Notes under the pieces: generated by a model | The model's database searches: none | What the model was told of the DNA's origin: nothing | Seen by the model: only the letters and a program-made list of their open reading frames with translations | Assembly: GCA_943357895.1 (NCBI GenBank) | Contig: CALRGO010000002.1 | Location: forward strand, 25,926 to 89,925 | Direction: 5' to 3' | Length of the DNA: 64,000 nt | From: Parcubacteria group bacterium | Lineage (GTDB): Bacteria > Patescibacteriota > Minisyncoccia > UBA6257 > UBA11618 | Part shown: positions 25,942 to 35,768 of the stretch, piece by piece | Layout: every line of letters starts with the position of its first letter | Numbering within the stretch: the stretch's first letter is position 1 | Position numbers and translations under genes: made by a program

Positions 25942-27147
25942 ATGGAAGAACCTGAAAAGAAGCATCGTGATCACCGTGAATTAGGGCAGTTGCTTGATTT
26001 ATTTTCGTTCCACGACATCGCCCCCGGCGCTGCTTTTTGGCACCCCAACGGCATGACTATTTTTCGCGTACTTGAATCTGCCGCGCGCCAGATGAACGAC
26101 CGCGCGGGCTATAAAGAAATCTCGACGCCTATTATGGTGAAGAGCGACGTATTTAAAAAATCCGGTCACTGGGAACATTACCGCAAGAACATGTTCCACT
26201 TTGTGAACCCAACGGACGAAAACGAAGAGTTGGCAATAAAGCCGATGAACTGCCCCGAATCGACGTACGTGTTTAACGCTTCGACCCGCAGTTATCGTGA
26301 CATGCCTTTGCGGTTCGCTGAATTGGGGCGCTTACACCGTAACGAGCTTTCGGGAACGTTAGGTGGGCTCTTCCGCGTGCGGCAGATGACGATGGATGAC
26401 GCGCACGTATATTGCCGCCCCGACCAAGTAGAGACGGAGATTCGGCATATCGTGGACCTCACGATGCGTTTTTACGCCGTGTTCGGCTTCAAGCCGACGT
26501 GCGTCTTGGCAACCCGCCCCGAGAAGTTTATGGGCGATGCGGCCGATTGGGATAAGGCCGAGGCGGCTTTGAAGAGCGCCCTTGCGGCAAGCGGTATGGA
26601 ATATGAATTACAAGAAGGCGAAGGCGCCTTCTACGGCCCGAAGATCGAGTTCCACTTGCGTGACTCGCAGGACCGCGATTGGCAGATGGGTACGGCTCAG
26701 CTGGACCTCGTAATGCTTCCTAAACAGTTTGAGACGCAGTACGTGGACGAAAGCGGCGAAAAGAAAATGCCATGGGTGATCCACCGCGCCATATTCGGCA
26801 CCTTTGAGCGCTTCATCGGCATGATGCTCGAGCACACGGATGGCACGCTCCCCGTTTGGCTCGCGCCCGTACAAGCAACAGTGCTTTATGTGAACGACAG
26901 TCAGCGTGCCTATGCAGAGGAAGTGGTTGCAGCGCTCGTAGCGGCCGGCGTGCGTGCAGAACTAGATACGCAAAACGCCACCTTAGGTAAAAAAATCCGC
27001 GCAGCGGAAGTGCTGCGCATCCCCGTGATAGCCGTAATAGGCGAAAAGGAAGTCGCTGCCCGTACCGTAAGCGTACGCAACGACGTAAAGCCGTTCGATG
27101 TCTTCATCGCGGATACTGCTAAAGCGGCGAAGATTCCGATTATTTAG
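25942..27147 (+). CDS. thrS: Threonine--tRNA ligase, short form without N-terminal TGS/editing domains
   Basis: DHRELG, SGHW, KPMNCP, RNELSG.L.GLFRVR, GAFYGPK, IHRAIFGTFERF. Confidence 0.96.
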   Translation: MEEPEKKHRDHRELGQLLDLFSFHDIAPGAAFWHPNGMTIFRVLESAARQMNDRAGYKEISTPIMVKSDVFKKSGHWEHYRKNMFHFVNPTDENEELAIKPMNCPESTYVFNASTRSYRDMPLRFAELGRLHRNELSGTLGGLFRVRQMTMDDAHVYCRPDQVETEIRHIVDLTMRFYAVFGFKPTCVLATRPEKFMGDAADWDKAEAALKSALAASGMEYELQEGEGAFYGPKIEFHLRDSQDRDWQMGTAQLDLVMLPKQFETQYVDESGEKKMPWVIHRAIFGTFERFIGMMLEHTDGTLPVWLAPVQATVLYVNDSQRAYAEEVVAALVAAGVRAELDTQNATLGKKIRAAEVLRIPVIAVIGEKEVAARTVSVRNDVKPFDVFIADTAKAAKIPII

Positions 27148-27158
27148 TAATAGTAAAT

Positions 27159-27192
27159 AAAAAAACTAAGGAGCTCTTCCTTAGTTTTTTTA
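27159..27192. terminator. Bidirectional terminator between thrS and gatB
   Basis: AAAAAAACTAAGGA-loop-TCCTTAGTTTTTTT. Confidence 0.75.
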
Positions 27193-27201
27193 TTCCTTTT
27201 T

Positions 27202-28611
27202 TTATTTAAGTAGACGTTCAAAAATTTCCCTAAGGAGGGCGGGGTTGCCGGTGCCTTTCAGTTCTTTCATTGCCTTACCTACTAAAAAGTGCAGGGATTC
27301 TAGTTTTCCTTTTTTGTAGTCTTCGAGTGCTTTGGGGTTTTCTGCGAGGATTTTTTGCGCCGTTTCTTCGAGTCCTGCCGCGTCTGAAACTTGGTGGAGG
27401 TTTTTTTCGGTAACCGTTGCTTCGGCTGTGGCACCGGTTTTTACCATATGTGTTAAGGCGTCTTTCGCGCCGCGACTACCTACTTCGCCTTTCGCTACCA
27501 TCGCTACGAGGGACGCGAAGTTAGCGGGCGTTAGTTTCAGACCCGTAAATTGCATGCCGTCTTTTTTCATCATTCCCCATAAGTCGCTCGTGAAGTAGTT
27601 GAGGAGTAAGGCGTAGTTGGGTGTGGCGTCGAGTTCTTTGAGTTCGCTTGCCGCTTCCTCAAAGAATTCTGCTGCTGCGCGGTCTTCGGTTACCACATAG
27701 GAATCCACCTCCTTCATGCCGTATTCATTAATAAAGCGCGCGCGCTTTTCGTGCGGTAGTTCAGGGATGGCCGCTTTAAGCGCTTCTAAATCGAAGGCGT
27801 CTGCATACATCGGCGGCAAGTCCGGCTCGGGGAAATAGCGGTAGTCGTGCGCATCTTCTTTCGTGCGCTGGCTTACGGTAATCCCCTTTTCCGCGTTCCA
27901 TCCGCGCGTTTCTTGAATTATTTTTTCACCTGAGTCGAGCGCTGCCGCGTGTCGCTTGTATTCGTATTCAATGGCGTCATGAACGGCCTTAAACGAATTG
28001 ATGTTTTTAACTTCAACTTTCGTGCCCATGTTTATAGAGATGTTGGCTTCCAAGCGCATGAGGCCTTTTTCCATATCAGCGTCGGACGTCCCCAAGTAGC
28101 GTAAAATGCGGCGCAGTTCTTCACCGAAGGCCGCAGCTTCTTCTGCTGTCCTAATATCCGGCTCTGTGACTATTTCCATAAGGGGCGCGCCCGCGCGGTT
28201 AAAATTAACGAGCGATTCGTTTCCAGTGTGCGTCAAGCTGCCCGCGTCTTCTTCTAAATGGATGCGCGTGATGCGGATGCCGTTCAAATTGCCACCTAAA
28301 ACGAGTGGTTCGTCGTACTGCGATATTTGGTAGCCCTTGGGTAGGTCGGGATAAAAATAGTTTTTGCGGTCGAACTTCGACCGGCCTTTAGGGAATACCG
28401 TGCCGCCCAAGGCCAAGCCGAGCTGGAGTACCAGTTCAACGGCCTTCTTATTAATGGTTGGCAGCGTGCCGAGGTGGCCCGTACAGACGGGGCAAACATT
28501 AACGTTCGGATGCGTTTCGTCGGGGTCGTTAACGCAGTCGCAGAACATCTTCGTGCGCGTTTTCAGTTCCACGTGGATTTCGAGACCGACGGTAAGTTGG
28601 CGTTCTTCCAT
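27202..28611 (-). CDS. gatB: Asp/Glu-tRNA amidotransferase subunit B
   Basis: GLEIHVEL, FDRKNYFYPDLPKGYQISQ, HLEEDAG, EVKNINSF, DYRYFPEPDLP. Confidence 0.97.
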   Translation of the reverse strand: MEERQLTVGLEIHVELKTRTKMFCDCVNDPDETHPNVNVCPVCTGHLGTLPTINKKAVELVLQLGLALGGTVFPKGRSKFDRKNYFYPDLPKGYQISQYDEPLVLGGNLNGIRITRIHLEEDAGSLTHTGNESLVNFNRAGAPLMEIVTEPDIRTAEEAAAFGEELRRILRYLGTSDADMEKGLMRLEANISINMGTKVEVKNINSFKAVHDAIEYEYKRHAAALDSGEKIIQETRGWNAEKGITVSQRTKEDAHDYRYFPEPDLPPMYADAFDLEALKAAIPELPHEKRARFINEYGMKEVDSYVVTEDRAAAEFFEEAASELKELDATPNYALLLNYFTSDLWGMMKKDGMQFTGLKLTPANFASLVAMVAKGEVGSRGAKDALTHMVKTGATAEATVTEKNLHQVSDAAGLEETAQKILAENPKALEDYKKGKLESLHFLVGKAMKELKGTGNPALLREIFERLLK

Positions 28612-28620
28612 GCGCTGATT

Positions 28621-29976
28621 CTAGCGGAGACTCCCTAAGTATTCAATTACCGCTGCTTTTGTGGCGTCTCCCCACGACCCCTTGGCATACCTCAAAAGCG
28701 CGCTTGCGAGCCTCCATGCTTGCGGTCCTTTTACTGCCTGCACGACCGCTTCCTGCAGTTCCTCCACCGTGCGTTCGGTGGGCGGTCCATATATGCCGGT
28801 TGCGCCAGTCGTCGCTAATGCCCGCGCCTCCGGCCCCGTGTTCCATTTAATGAGAAGTTCTTGGAGCGCGCGCACGTCCTCTCCCGCATCCCCGCGAATG
28901 AGCGGCGTTTTTATCATGGCCGGATCCTTTTGCGTTGCCGGTGCCGGTACCGGCGTTCCGTTCGCACTTCTCCATTCCGCTACGGCGCGTTGCGTTACCG
29001 GCCCGTAATAGCCCGTCGCCCCCGCAGCCGCAAGTTCTCCCGCAGCCGGTCCGCTCGCGGCACGTATCAAGGCGCCTTGGAGTAACTTGACGTTTTTACC
29101 GCGTTTTTCTTTTTGGGCGCGCTGTATAAGCGTTTCAATGTCGGTTTCTTCTGGCGCTCCCCCTGCGGTGCCTGCAGGGGTGGTGGGGGAAGCCGGTTGG
29201 GTTGCGGCCACCTGAATTAGGGGTTGCGCCGAAGAGTTAAGCCGTACTCCGCCGTTGCGTGCCGCAATTACGACGCCGAATGATCCGTTATTGATATCGC
29301 TCGGCACGGGTTGCGTTCCCCATAGGTCGCTGCCGTTGCCGTACGACCTGAATTCGTCTTGTGCGGGCCACGGCTCTTCTTTGGCATATTCCCCGCCAAC
29401 AATTTTTCCACCCACGACAAGGCGCACGGAATAATCTTTTATTGAGTCAGGGCCCTCGGCAGAACGTTTAAGGTCGAGTGTTATGCCCTTTATAGTGCTT
29501 GATTTTGGAATCGCAAAGCCGAAGTTAAGTGCGCGTATATAATACGATGATTCGCCAAACTGCATTTCTGCCGCTGAACGGTTACCGTCTTCGATACCGG
29601 CATTTTCAGGGTAGAGCCAGCCTGTTCCGCCGACGCTCACGTCGTTTGATACCGACCCGAGCGGCTTCGTTTGGATTTTTCCATTATCGTAATGGACGGT
29701 AAGGCGTAGATAGTCGATACGCGCCTTGGTTTTAGGCGAATACGAATAACCTCCGCCACCGCCTCCTCCTCCCCCGCCACCGCCCGAACCGCTGCTCGTG
29801 CCGCCGCTGTCGCCGAAGGCAATGTTGTATGAGAGTGGAAGTGACGAGGAGTTAAGGAACGCGCCACCGCCTACGAATATGAAAAAGAAAAGAATGCCGA
29901 CTGCCGATTTGGCATTTTGGCTTCCTCGCTCGTCCGCGAGCATACGAAAAAATTTCCGCCTGAGCTGTTGCGTCAT
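28621..29976 (-). CDS. Membrane-anchored surface protein: poly-Gly linker, beta-rich domain, peptidoglycan-binding-like repeats
   Basis: N-terminal TM; Gly run; NFGFAIP...YG..SDLWG domain; repeats RG..V..LQ..LI...GATG.YGP.T. Confidence 0.75.
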   Translation of the reverse strand: MTQQLRRKFFRMLADERGSQNAKSAVGILFFFIFVGGGAFLNSSSLPLSYNIAFGDSGGTSSGSGGGGGGGGGGGGYSYSPKTKARIDYLRLTVHYDNGKIQTKPLGSVSNDVSVGGTGWLYPENAGIEDGNRSAAEMQFGESSYYIRALNFGFAIPKSSTIKGITLDLKRSAEGPDSIKDYSVRLVVGGKIVGGEYAKEEPWPAQDEFRSYGNGSDLWGTQPVPSDINNGSFGVVIAARNGGVRLNSSAQPLIQVAATQPASPTTPAGTAGGAPEETDIETLIQRAQKEKRGKNVKLLQGALIRAASGPAAGELAAAGATGYYGPVTQRAVAEWRSANGTPVPAPATQKDPAMIKTPLIRGDAGEDVRALQELLIKWNTGPEARALATTGATGIYGPPTERTVEELQEAVVQAVKGPQAWRLASALLRYAKGSWGDATKAAVIEYLGSLR

Positions 29977-30028
29977 GCGTATGTATAAATACTATCAGGA
30001 GTTACGATGCTTGCGCACTGTTAATAAC

Positions 30029-31462
30029 TTATAATGCGAGGCCTGCGGGCGCGTATTTAAGAACTCGCTCACTTACGCGGGTGAAATAAGGATTATTCTG
30101 AGGGTATATGGGCGTGCTACGGCGAGCGTTATAGATAAGGGACGGAATCGCGAACGATTTCCACGGCTCTTCGTTGAATGACGCAAAAATTACGGGGTGC
30201 CCCGTGTACCCCCCGACGAACCCTCGATATATCGCATTGTTTATGAATATCGGCATGCCCCCGTACTTTCCTTGCAGGGCGGTAAGCTCGGCAAATTCTA
30301 CACGGTTCACGAGAGGTTCCATGCGTGCAGCTTGATACAGGGAATATCCTGCGAGCGCGGCTAGTATGAAAAATAACGCTATTTTTTTGAGGACTGTTTT
30401 TTGGCGGTATTCAAATAGGGAGAGCGCATACCCTGCAAGGACGATGCAGCTTATATCAAATAGCACGATGAACCGGTTGTGGAATACCGCATTGACCGAA
30501 ACGAGGACGAGATTTACAAGCGCGTACCATCCGACAGCCGGCATTGATTTTTTTCCCACGCACCATGCAATACCGAGAAGCGCGAATGGGACATAAAAAA
30601 GCATGAGCGCGTCATGGTAAAAGGAAAATCCAACGAAATGCCCCGCAAGAAGTCCCGATACAGAGGGTGCATACGTTTCTTGTGCGTAATCCGTTGCATA
30701 TGTTGCATAGCCGATTATTTCTTTCGCGTGGAATGCCGTCATGGCGAGTACTGAGATCGCTGCGGCTTTGAACGCATACGCTTTTTTATTATCTGTTATA
30801 CCTGCGGCAATAAAGGTTAGTGCAAGTGGAACCGCCGTAAGGGGGTGGATGATTCCCGCAAGTGCCGCGTATACGAATCCGCGCGTACGGGCTAAGCCGT
30901 AGGCATGGAGAGCGAAGAGCGAAAATGCCATACCTATTTCCATTTTAAGGAAGAACGACCAGTAAAAAAGAAATTGCGGCAGGGAAAGCGCGTAGGCTAT
31001 AAGGCTGGAGAACGCCGCTCGCGCGCCGAAGCGGTCTTTTGCGAGTACATATATCCCTCTGCCGATTACTGCAGTGGTCAGCAAATGGAATGCGATGAGA
31101 ATGGCTTGCGTTCCGATACCTGCGGCGTATAAGGGGAGGCCAGCAAGTGCAAGGGGGTTGCCTGCGCAGGAGGCGAGAGATGCGAAGCAGGTGTTCCATG
31201 CGCCGTAGTACGCCCCTATATCTGCTCCGAGTGCCGACCACCCGTAACGTATGAAGGGTATGAGGCGCGTAGTGGCGAGGATGGTTAGGGGGATAAGAAA
31301 TACGAAGAACGTGGGCTTACTACTTTCTATTTTTTGGGTATCGGCTCCGAGTGTTACGAAGACGCCCACCCCGAGCATGCAATAGAGCAAAAAAATCGGG
31401 ATGGTTGCGTGAAGCGGCGTTGCCAAAAGCACAAGCGCGAGATAGGTTGCTAGTACGTACAT
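30029..31462 (-). CDS. Polytopic membrane protein, GT-C-like
   Basis: Many TM segments, GAD.G.Y loop after TM; start moved to ATG 31462 to avoid overlap with the GT2 gene. Confidence 0.6.
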   Translation of the reverse strand: MYVLATYLALVLLATPLHATIPIFLLYCMLGVGVFVTLGADTQKIESSKPTFFVFLIPLTILATTRLIPFIRYGWSALGADIGAYYGAWNTCFASLASCAGNPLALAGLPLYAAGIGTQAILIAFHLLTTAVIGRGIYVLAKDRFGARAAFSSLIAYALSLPQFLFYWSFFLKMEIGMAFSLFALHAYGLARTRGFVYAALAGIIHPLTAVPLALTFIAAGITDNKKAYAFKAAAISVLAMTAFHAKEIIGYATYATDYAQETYAPSVSGLLAGHFVGFSFYHDALMLFYVPFALLGIAWCVGKKSMPAVGWYALVNLVLVSVNAVFHNRFIVLFDISCIVLAGYALSLFEYRQKTVLKKIALFFILAALAGYSLYQAARMEPLVNRVEFAELTALQGKYGGMPIFINNAIYRGFVGGYTGHPVIFASFNEEPWKSFAIPSLIYNARRSTPIYPQNNPYFTRVSERVLKYAPAGLAL

Positions 31463-31477
31463 GTCTGTATCATCGTA

Positions 31478-32149
31478 ATGAAAGGGATTGCTGTTGTCAT
31501 TCCCGCATATAATGAGAGTGCTCGCGTAGTAGCGGTTGCTTTGGGAGCCGCACGGCATGCGGAGTTCGTTATTGTGGTGGACGATGGGTCGCGCGACGGT
31601 ACATGGAAGGCGCTCGCGGATCTTCCTCGGCCCGTCTATGTTCTCCGGCACCGTGTGAATATGGGTAAGGGGGCAGCGCTTATGACGGGGTGTGCGGCGG
31701 CACTTCGCCTCGGGGCGGAAATTCTAGTCACAATGGACGCAGATGGTCAGCACCCCCCGGAATATATTCCCCGAATCATACGCCATATGCGCGAAAAAAA
31801 TCTTGATTTCGTTTTTACGGAGCGCATGGCGGGAAACCAAATGCCCTTCGTGCGGCGCGCGGGTAATTATGTGATCAATAAGACGGCGCTTCATTTATTT
31901 GGTTTGCGTACGAATGACGTATGGTGCGGATTCCGCGCAGTGCGCGCATCATGCTTACCGCGCGTCATGTGGCGCGCACGTGATTATTCGGGCGAAGTGC
32001 AGATGGCTCTCGCGGTGGGTCGTAGCGGCATGTCATACGGTTCGTATCCTATTCCCACTATTTATGATGCGGGCGCTGCTAAAGGTGTGCATATTTTACA
32101 CGGGCTTAAATTACTTGCGCAGATGGCGGTTTGGCGTTTTTTTAGTTAA
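31478..32149 (+). CDS. GT2 glycosyltransferase (polyprenol-phosphate sugar synthase-like)
   Basis: VIPAYNE, VDDGSRD, NMGKGAA, MDADGQH, CGFRA. Confidence 0.92.
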   Translation: MKGIAVVIPAYNESARVVAVALGAARHAEFVIVVDDGSRDGTWKALADLPRPVYVLRHRVNMGKGAALMTGCAAALRLGAEILVTMDADGQHPPEYIPRIIRHMREKNLDFVFTERMAGNQMPFVRRAGNYVINKTALHLFGLRTNDVWCGFRAVRASCLPRVMWRARDYSGEVQMALAVGRSGMSYGSYPIPTIYDAGAAKGVHILHGLKLLAQMAVWRFFS

Positions 32150-32160
32150 TTATAATTTCC

Positions 32161-33036
32161 ATGTCTGAAAAAATAATTCGGAGGGATCGTTGTCCATTGT
32201 GCGGCTTCAAGGCTAAATCTATTCTTTATGACGCCGATGTTGCTCATCCTTCCGTGGCTCATTTTTTAAAAGATTATTACAAGGGGCGCGTTACTATTGG
32301 GGATCTTAAGGAGTGGCGTTATCAAGTCGCAGAATGTCCATTGTGTGGGTTTATTTGGCAAACATACGTTTTAGGCGATACTTTGGCGCATAAGCTGTAT
32401 TCCGAATGGATATCCCCTTCCGAATCAATGGATAAGAAAAAGGCCGCGGGGATGGCACTTCGTCGCGGTTATGCGGAAGAGGCGGTCGCTATTTCCTTTT
32501 TAATTAAAAAGCCCGCTGAGCAGATTATTGTTTTAGATTATGGTATGGGATGGGGGCAATGGTGTTTTATGATGTGGGCTTTTGGATATAAGATTTTCGG
32601 ATACGAGATCGCGTCCGAGCGCGTATCTTCAGCGCAGGGGGCGGGTATATCCGTTCTCGATGACGACGCTTTTAAAACGATGCACTTCGACTTCGTTAAT
32701 TGCGAGCAGGTTCTCGAGCACGTTTCAAGTCCCCTCGAGACGTTTAAAAAATTAGCCCAATCTTTGAAATGCGGAGGTTACTTACGCGTAGCGGTTCCTA
32801 ACGGCGCCGGCATAAGGCGCGCTATGCAGGATCCTTTTTGGATCCCCGGCAAGAATGCTATACATCCGCTTGAGCATGTCAACTGTTTTACTCGAAAGAC
32901 ATTGGTTAATCTGGGTATTGCCGCTGGTTTGCGGCCACTTAGCCGCTTTGGTCTTTTGCGTGTATTTTTTTCTTCGCCGCGTTTATGTGTGCGGCATATT
33001 TTAGGCGGCACTTCCCTTTATTTCTTAAAAATTTGA
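32161..33036 (+). CDS. Class I SAM methyltransferase with N-terminal CxxC pairs
   Basis: CPLC twice, VLDYGMGWG, QVLEHV, VAVPN. Confidence 0.85.
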   Translation: MSEKIIRRDRCPLCGFKAKSILYDADVAHPSVAHFLKDYYKGRVTIGDLKEWRYQVAECPLCGFIWQTYVLGDTLAHKLYSEWISPSESMDKKKAAGMALRRGYAEEAVAISFLIKKPAEQIIVLDYGMGWGQWCFMMWAFGYKIFGYEIASERVSSAQGAGISVLDDDAFKTMHFDFVNCEQVLEHVSSPLETFKKLAQSLKCGGYLRVAVPNGAGIRRAMQDPFWIPGKNAIHPLEHVNCFTRKTLVNLGIAAGLRPLSRFGLLRVFFSSPRLCVRHILGGTSLYFLKI

Positions 33037-33061
33037 TAATCTTTCATAATCCAAGCAATCT

Positions 33062-33394
33062 ATGGTCGGTATTCAGCTTATATGTATTATCATCGGTCTT
33101 GCGGCAATTCATCTTACGCATTTGTATTATAAGCGTTTTTATTTTTCAAAAAGGGAGTTATTTTTTTGGGTGGGGCTTTGGTGTATTTTTATAGTAGTTG
33201 GGCTTTTTCCGCAGAGTGTTTTGCCGGTGAGTGGTTATTTAGGGCTAACCCGCCCTATGGATTTTATAATGATTCTGGCTTTTGTAGTCCTTTTTTCCCT
33301 TGCTTTTCATAATTATGTTCTTGGTCGTAAGCAGGAGCGCGATTTCGAGCGTTTGGTTCGCGAAATTGCCTTGCGAGATGCGAATTTGAAATAG
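33062..33394 (+). CDS. DUF2304-like small membrane protein
   Basis: 3 TM, LGLTRPMD, C-terminal LVREIAL; near a GT2 gene. Confidence 0.75.
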   Translation: MVGIQLICIIIGLAAIHLTHLYYKRFYFSKRELFFWVGLWCIFIVVGLFPQSVLPVSGYLGLTRPMDFIMILAFVVLFSLAFHNYVLGRKQERDFERLVREIALRDANLK

Positions 33395-33397
33395 AAT

Positions 33398-34555
33398 ATG
33401 CATATCATATTTTTTGCGGCTTTTTACTATCCGTATCGCGGTGGATATGTTGAAAGTATCTATGAGGTTTCGCATGGCCTCGTCCGCCGCGGTTTTACCG
33501 TAACTATAGTCACTTGTAATACCCATGCCATAGCAGAAGAAGAAAACCATGAGGGGGTTCGTGTGGTACGTATTCCTTGCTGGAGCCCCGCATGGCTTCA
33601 TAGCAGCTTTCCTTTGCCGAAGCCATGGGCAATCTTTTCTTTCTTGTGGCGGTTCCGCGGCTGCCGCTTAGACGCCATAATTACGGAAACCCGTTTTTAT
33701 CCCACGACCTTTTTAGGATTCCTTATAGGGTTTTTTCGCAGGATACCGGTTGTGCATGTGGAGCAAGGAAGTTGCCATCCGGCAAGTCATAATTTCCTTA
33801 TCAGATGGATGGGCCTGCTTGTAGACCATACTTTTGGATCCGTTGTTTGTAGGAGTGCCACGGTAACAGTGGGCGTTTCTGCCGAAGCAGCGGCTTTTGC
33901 GCGGCATCTCGGCGCGCGGAATCCATTTGTTATTTATAATCCAGTTGATATAGCGTTTTGGCATTCGCAGTCGCTTGTTTATACGAAAGATGATTTTTTT
34001 CGCATTTTGTTCGTGGGGAGGCTCGTATATGCTAAGGGTGCCCAAGACCTTTTATATTCACTTGTTTCCTTGCGGGCGTCCCTCACGCAAAAAGAATTTA
34101 GTCGGTTGCGCTGCATCGTTATTGGAGATGGTCCATACCGCGCTTCACTCGTACGTCTTATTGAGTCTCTTTCGCTTTCACAGGTAGTTATTTTTTTAGG
34201 TGAATGTGGTCGTGCGGCTATTCGTGAAGAGCTTTGGCAGGCATCCGTTTTCGTTAATCCTTCATATTCCGAAGGCTTGCCAGTATGCGTTTTAGAGGCG
34301 GCGGCATGCGCGGTGCCAATAATTGCGACAGACGTCGGCGGGACGAGGGAGATTATTTCTGCAGGTTGCGGCTTACTCATTTTGCCACGTTCTCCGGATG
34401 CGCTTGCTGGTGGCATTGCTCGTGCTTTGCGCTACCCAGCTGAATTTCGGCGTTATGGTATAGCCGCCCGTGCCCGCTCTGAAGACTTTTTTTCAACTCC
34501 GCACATCGTCGATGCGTATGAGTCGACTCTCCGTTCGGCTACCTGTCATGCGTAA
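33398..34555 (+). CDS. GT4 glycosyltransferase
   Basis: YP.RGG.E, FVGRL...KG, PSYSEGLPVCVLEA, TDVGG. Confidence 0.92.
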   Translation: MHIIFFAAFYYPYRGGYVESIYEVSHGLVRRGFTVTIVTCNTHAIAEEENHEGVRVVRIPCWSPAWLHSSFPLPKPWAIFSFLWRFRGCRLDAIITETRFYPTTFLGFLIGFFRRIPVVHVEQGSCHPASHNFLIRWMGLLVDHTFGSVVCRSATVTVGVSAEAAAFARHLGARNPFVIYNPVDIAFWHSQSLVYTKDDFFRILFVGRLVYAKGAQDLLYSLVSLRASLTQKEFSRLRCIVIGDGPYRASLVRLIESLSLSQVVIFLGECGRAAIREELWQASVFVNPSYSEGLPVCVLEAAACAVPIIATDVGGTREIISAGCGLLILPRSPDALAGGIARALRYPAEFRRYGIAARARSEDFFSTPHIVDAYESTLRSATCHA

Positions 34556-35768
34556 TGTCCTTATTTTTTCCGTTGATTATTTCCCGTACGTCGGAGGCGC
34601 GGAGATTGCGGTGCGTGAGACGTGTAAGCGTATCCCTGACTGCGCATTTACTCTTATAACGTGCCGGAATAGCCGTATTCTTCCGCGACATGAAATTATT
34701 GATGGTGTTTCGGTTTTTCGTGTCGGCATTGGCTTCCGACATATCGATAAATACATCATGCCTTTTACTGCTTTCGTTACCGCGATTCAGTTAAACCGCA
34801 AGCGCCGCTTTTCTATGGCATGGGCAATCATGGCTAATACGGGGGCTATCGCGGCGTTCGTATTCACAAGGCTGTATCCGAATGTTCGTTATCTTTTGAC
34901 TTTGCAAGAAGGCGATTCCGATTCGTATTATCGGAATCGTACGTGGTTTTGGGCTCCTTTGTATCGCGCACTTCATGCGCGCGCTGATCATATGCATGTT
35001 ATTAGTAATCATCTTGCCGCGCGTGCCCGTCGATTCGGCTATCGTGGGTCCGTTTCGGTTATTCCTAACGGCATTGATCCGGCGTTATTCAATATAGACC
35101 CCCTTTCACCCGAATTGATCGCGTGTATAAGAAAGGATATGGGTATTTTACAAGGTGAACAGATTATCATTACCACTTCCCGCTTAGAAGAAAAAAATGG
35201 CATTGATATTTTTTTACGTGCGATTGCTATCGTTACGCGCGATATTACATTACCAATCAAGGCTGTTGTTGCTGGATCGGGTAGCGAAGAAAAACGCCTT
35301 AAGCAGATTGCTGTGGATCTCGGTGTCGCCGATTCGGTTATTTTTTTAGGTTATAGCGTTCATGAAAAGATGCTACGCCTGCTGAAAGCGTCGTCCGTTT
35401 TTGTGCGACCTTCCCGCTCGGAGGGATTGGGTAATAGTTTTCTTGAGGCGATGGCATGCGGCATACCGATTATAGGAACGCCCGTCGGCGGTATACCCGA
35501 TTTTCTTATTGATGGGAAAACGGGCCTTTTTTCTAACCCGGAAGATCCGGCATCTCTTGCCGATGCCATACGACGGATACTTTCTGATGGTCAGCTGCGG
35601 AACGTTTTGGTTACAGGCGGAATTGCCGCGGTGGAAAAAACCTATTTATGGGATTCTATTGCATCAAAAATTTCATCTATGCTCAATCAGACGCTGAAAT
35701 GCCGCGCGCATGACGTTGTATATACCGAGAGCGAAAAAAATAAGCATAAGCAGAACAAAGGGAAGTAA
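34548..35768 (+). CDS. GT4 glycosyltransferase
   Basis: YFPYVGGAE, SRLEEKNG, PSRSEGLGNSFLEAMA; ATG 34548 overlaps the previous stop. Confidence 0.92.
   Translation: MRNVLIFSVDYFPYVGGAEIAVRETCKRIPDCAFTLITCRNSRILPRHEIIDGVSVFRVGIGFRHIDKYIMPFTAFVTAIQLNRKRRFSMAWAIMANTGAIAAFVFTRLYPNVRYLLTLQEGDSDSYYRNRTWFWAPLYRALHARADHMHVISNHLAARARRFGYRGSVSVIPNGIDPALFNIDPLSPELIACIRKDMGILQGEQIIITTSRLEEKNGIDIFLRAIAIVTRDITLPIKAVVAGSGSEEKRLKQIAVDLGVADSVIFLGYSVHEKMLRLLKASSVFVRPSRSEGLGNSFLEAMACGIPIIGTPVGGIPDFLIDGKTGLFSNPEDPASLADAIRRILSDGQLRNVLVTGGIAAVEKTYLWDSIASKISSMLNQTLKCRAHDVVYTESEKNKHKQNKGK

Noticed and set aside
29750-29785. GGN repeat as a contingency locus
   Set aside because: Mixed synonymous Gly codons indicate a selected protein linker rather than a slippage tract.
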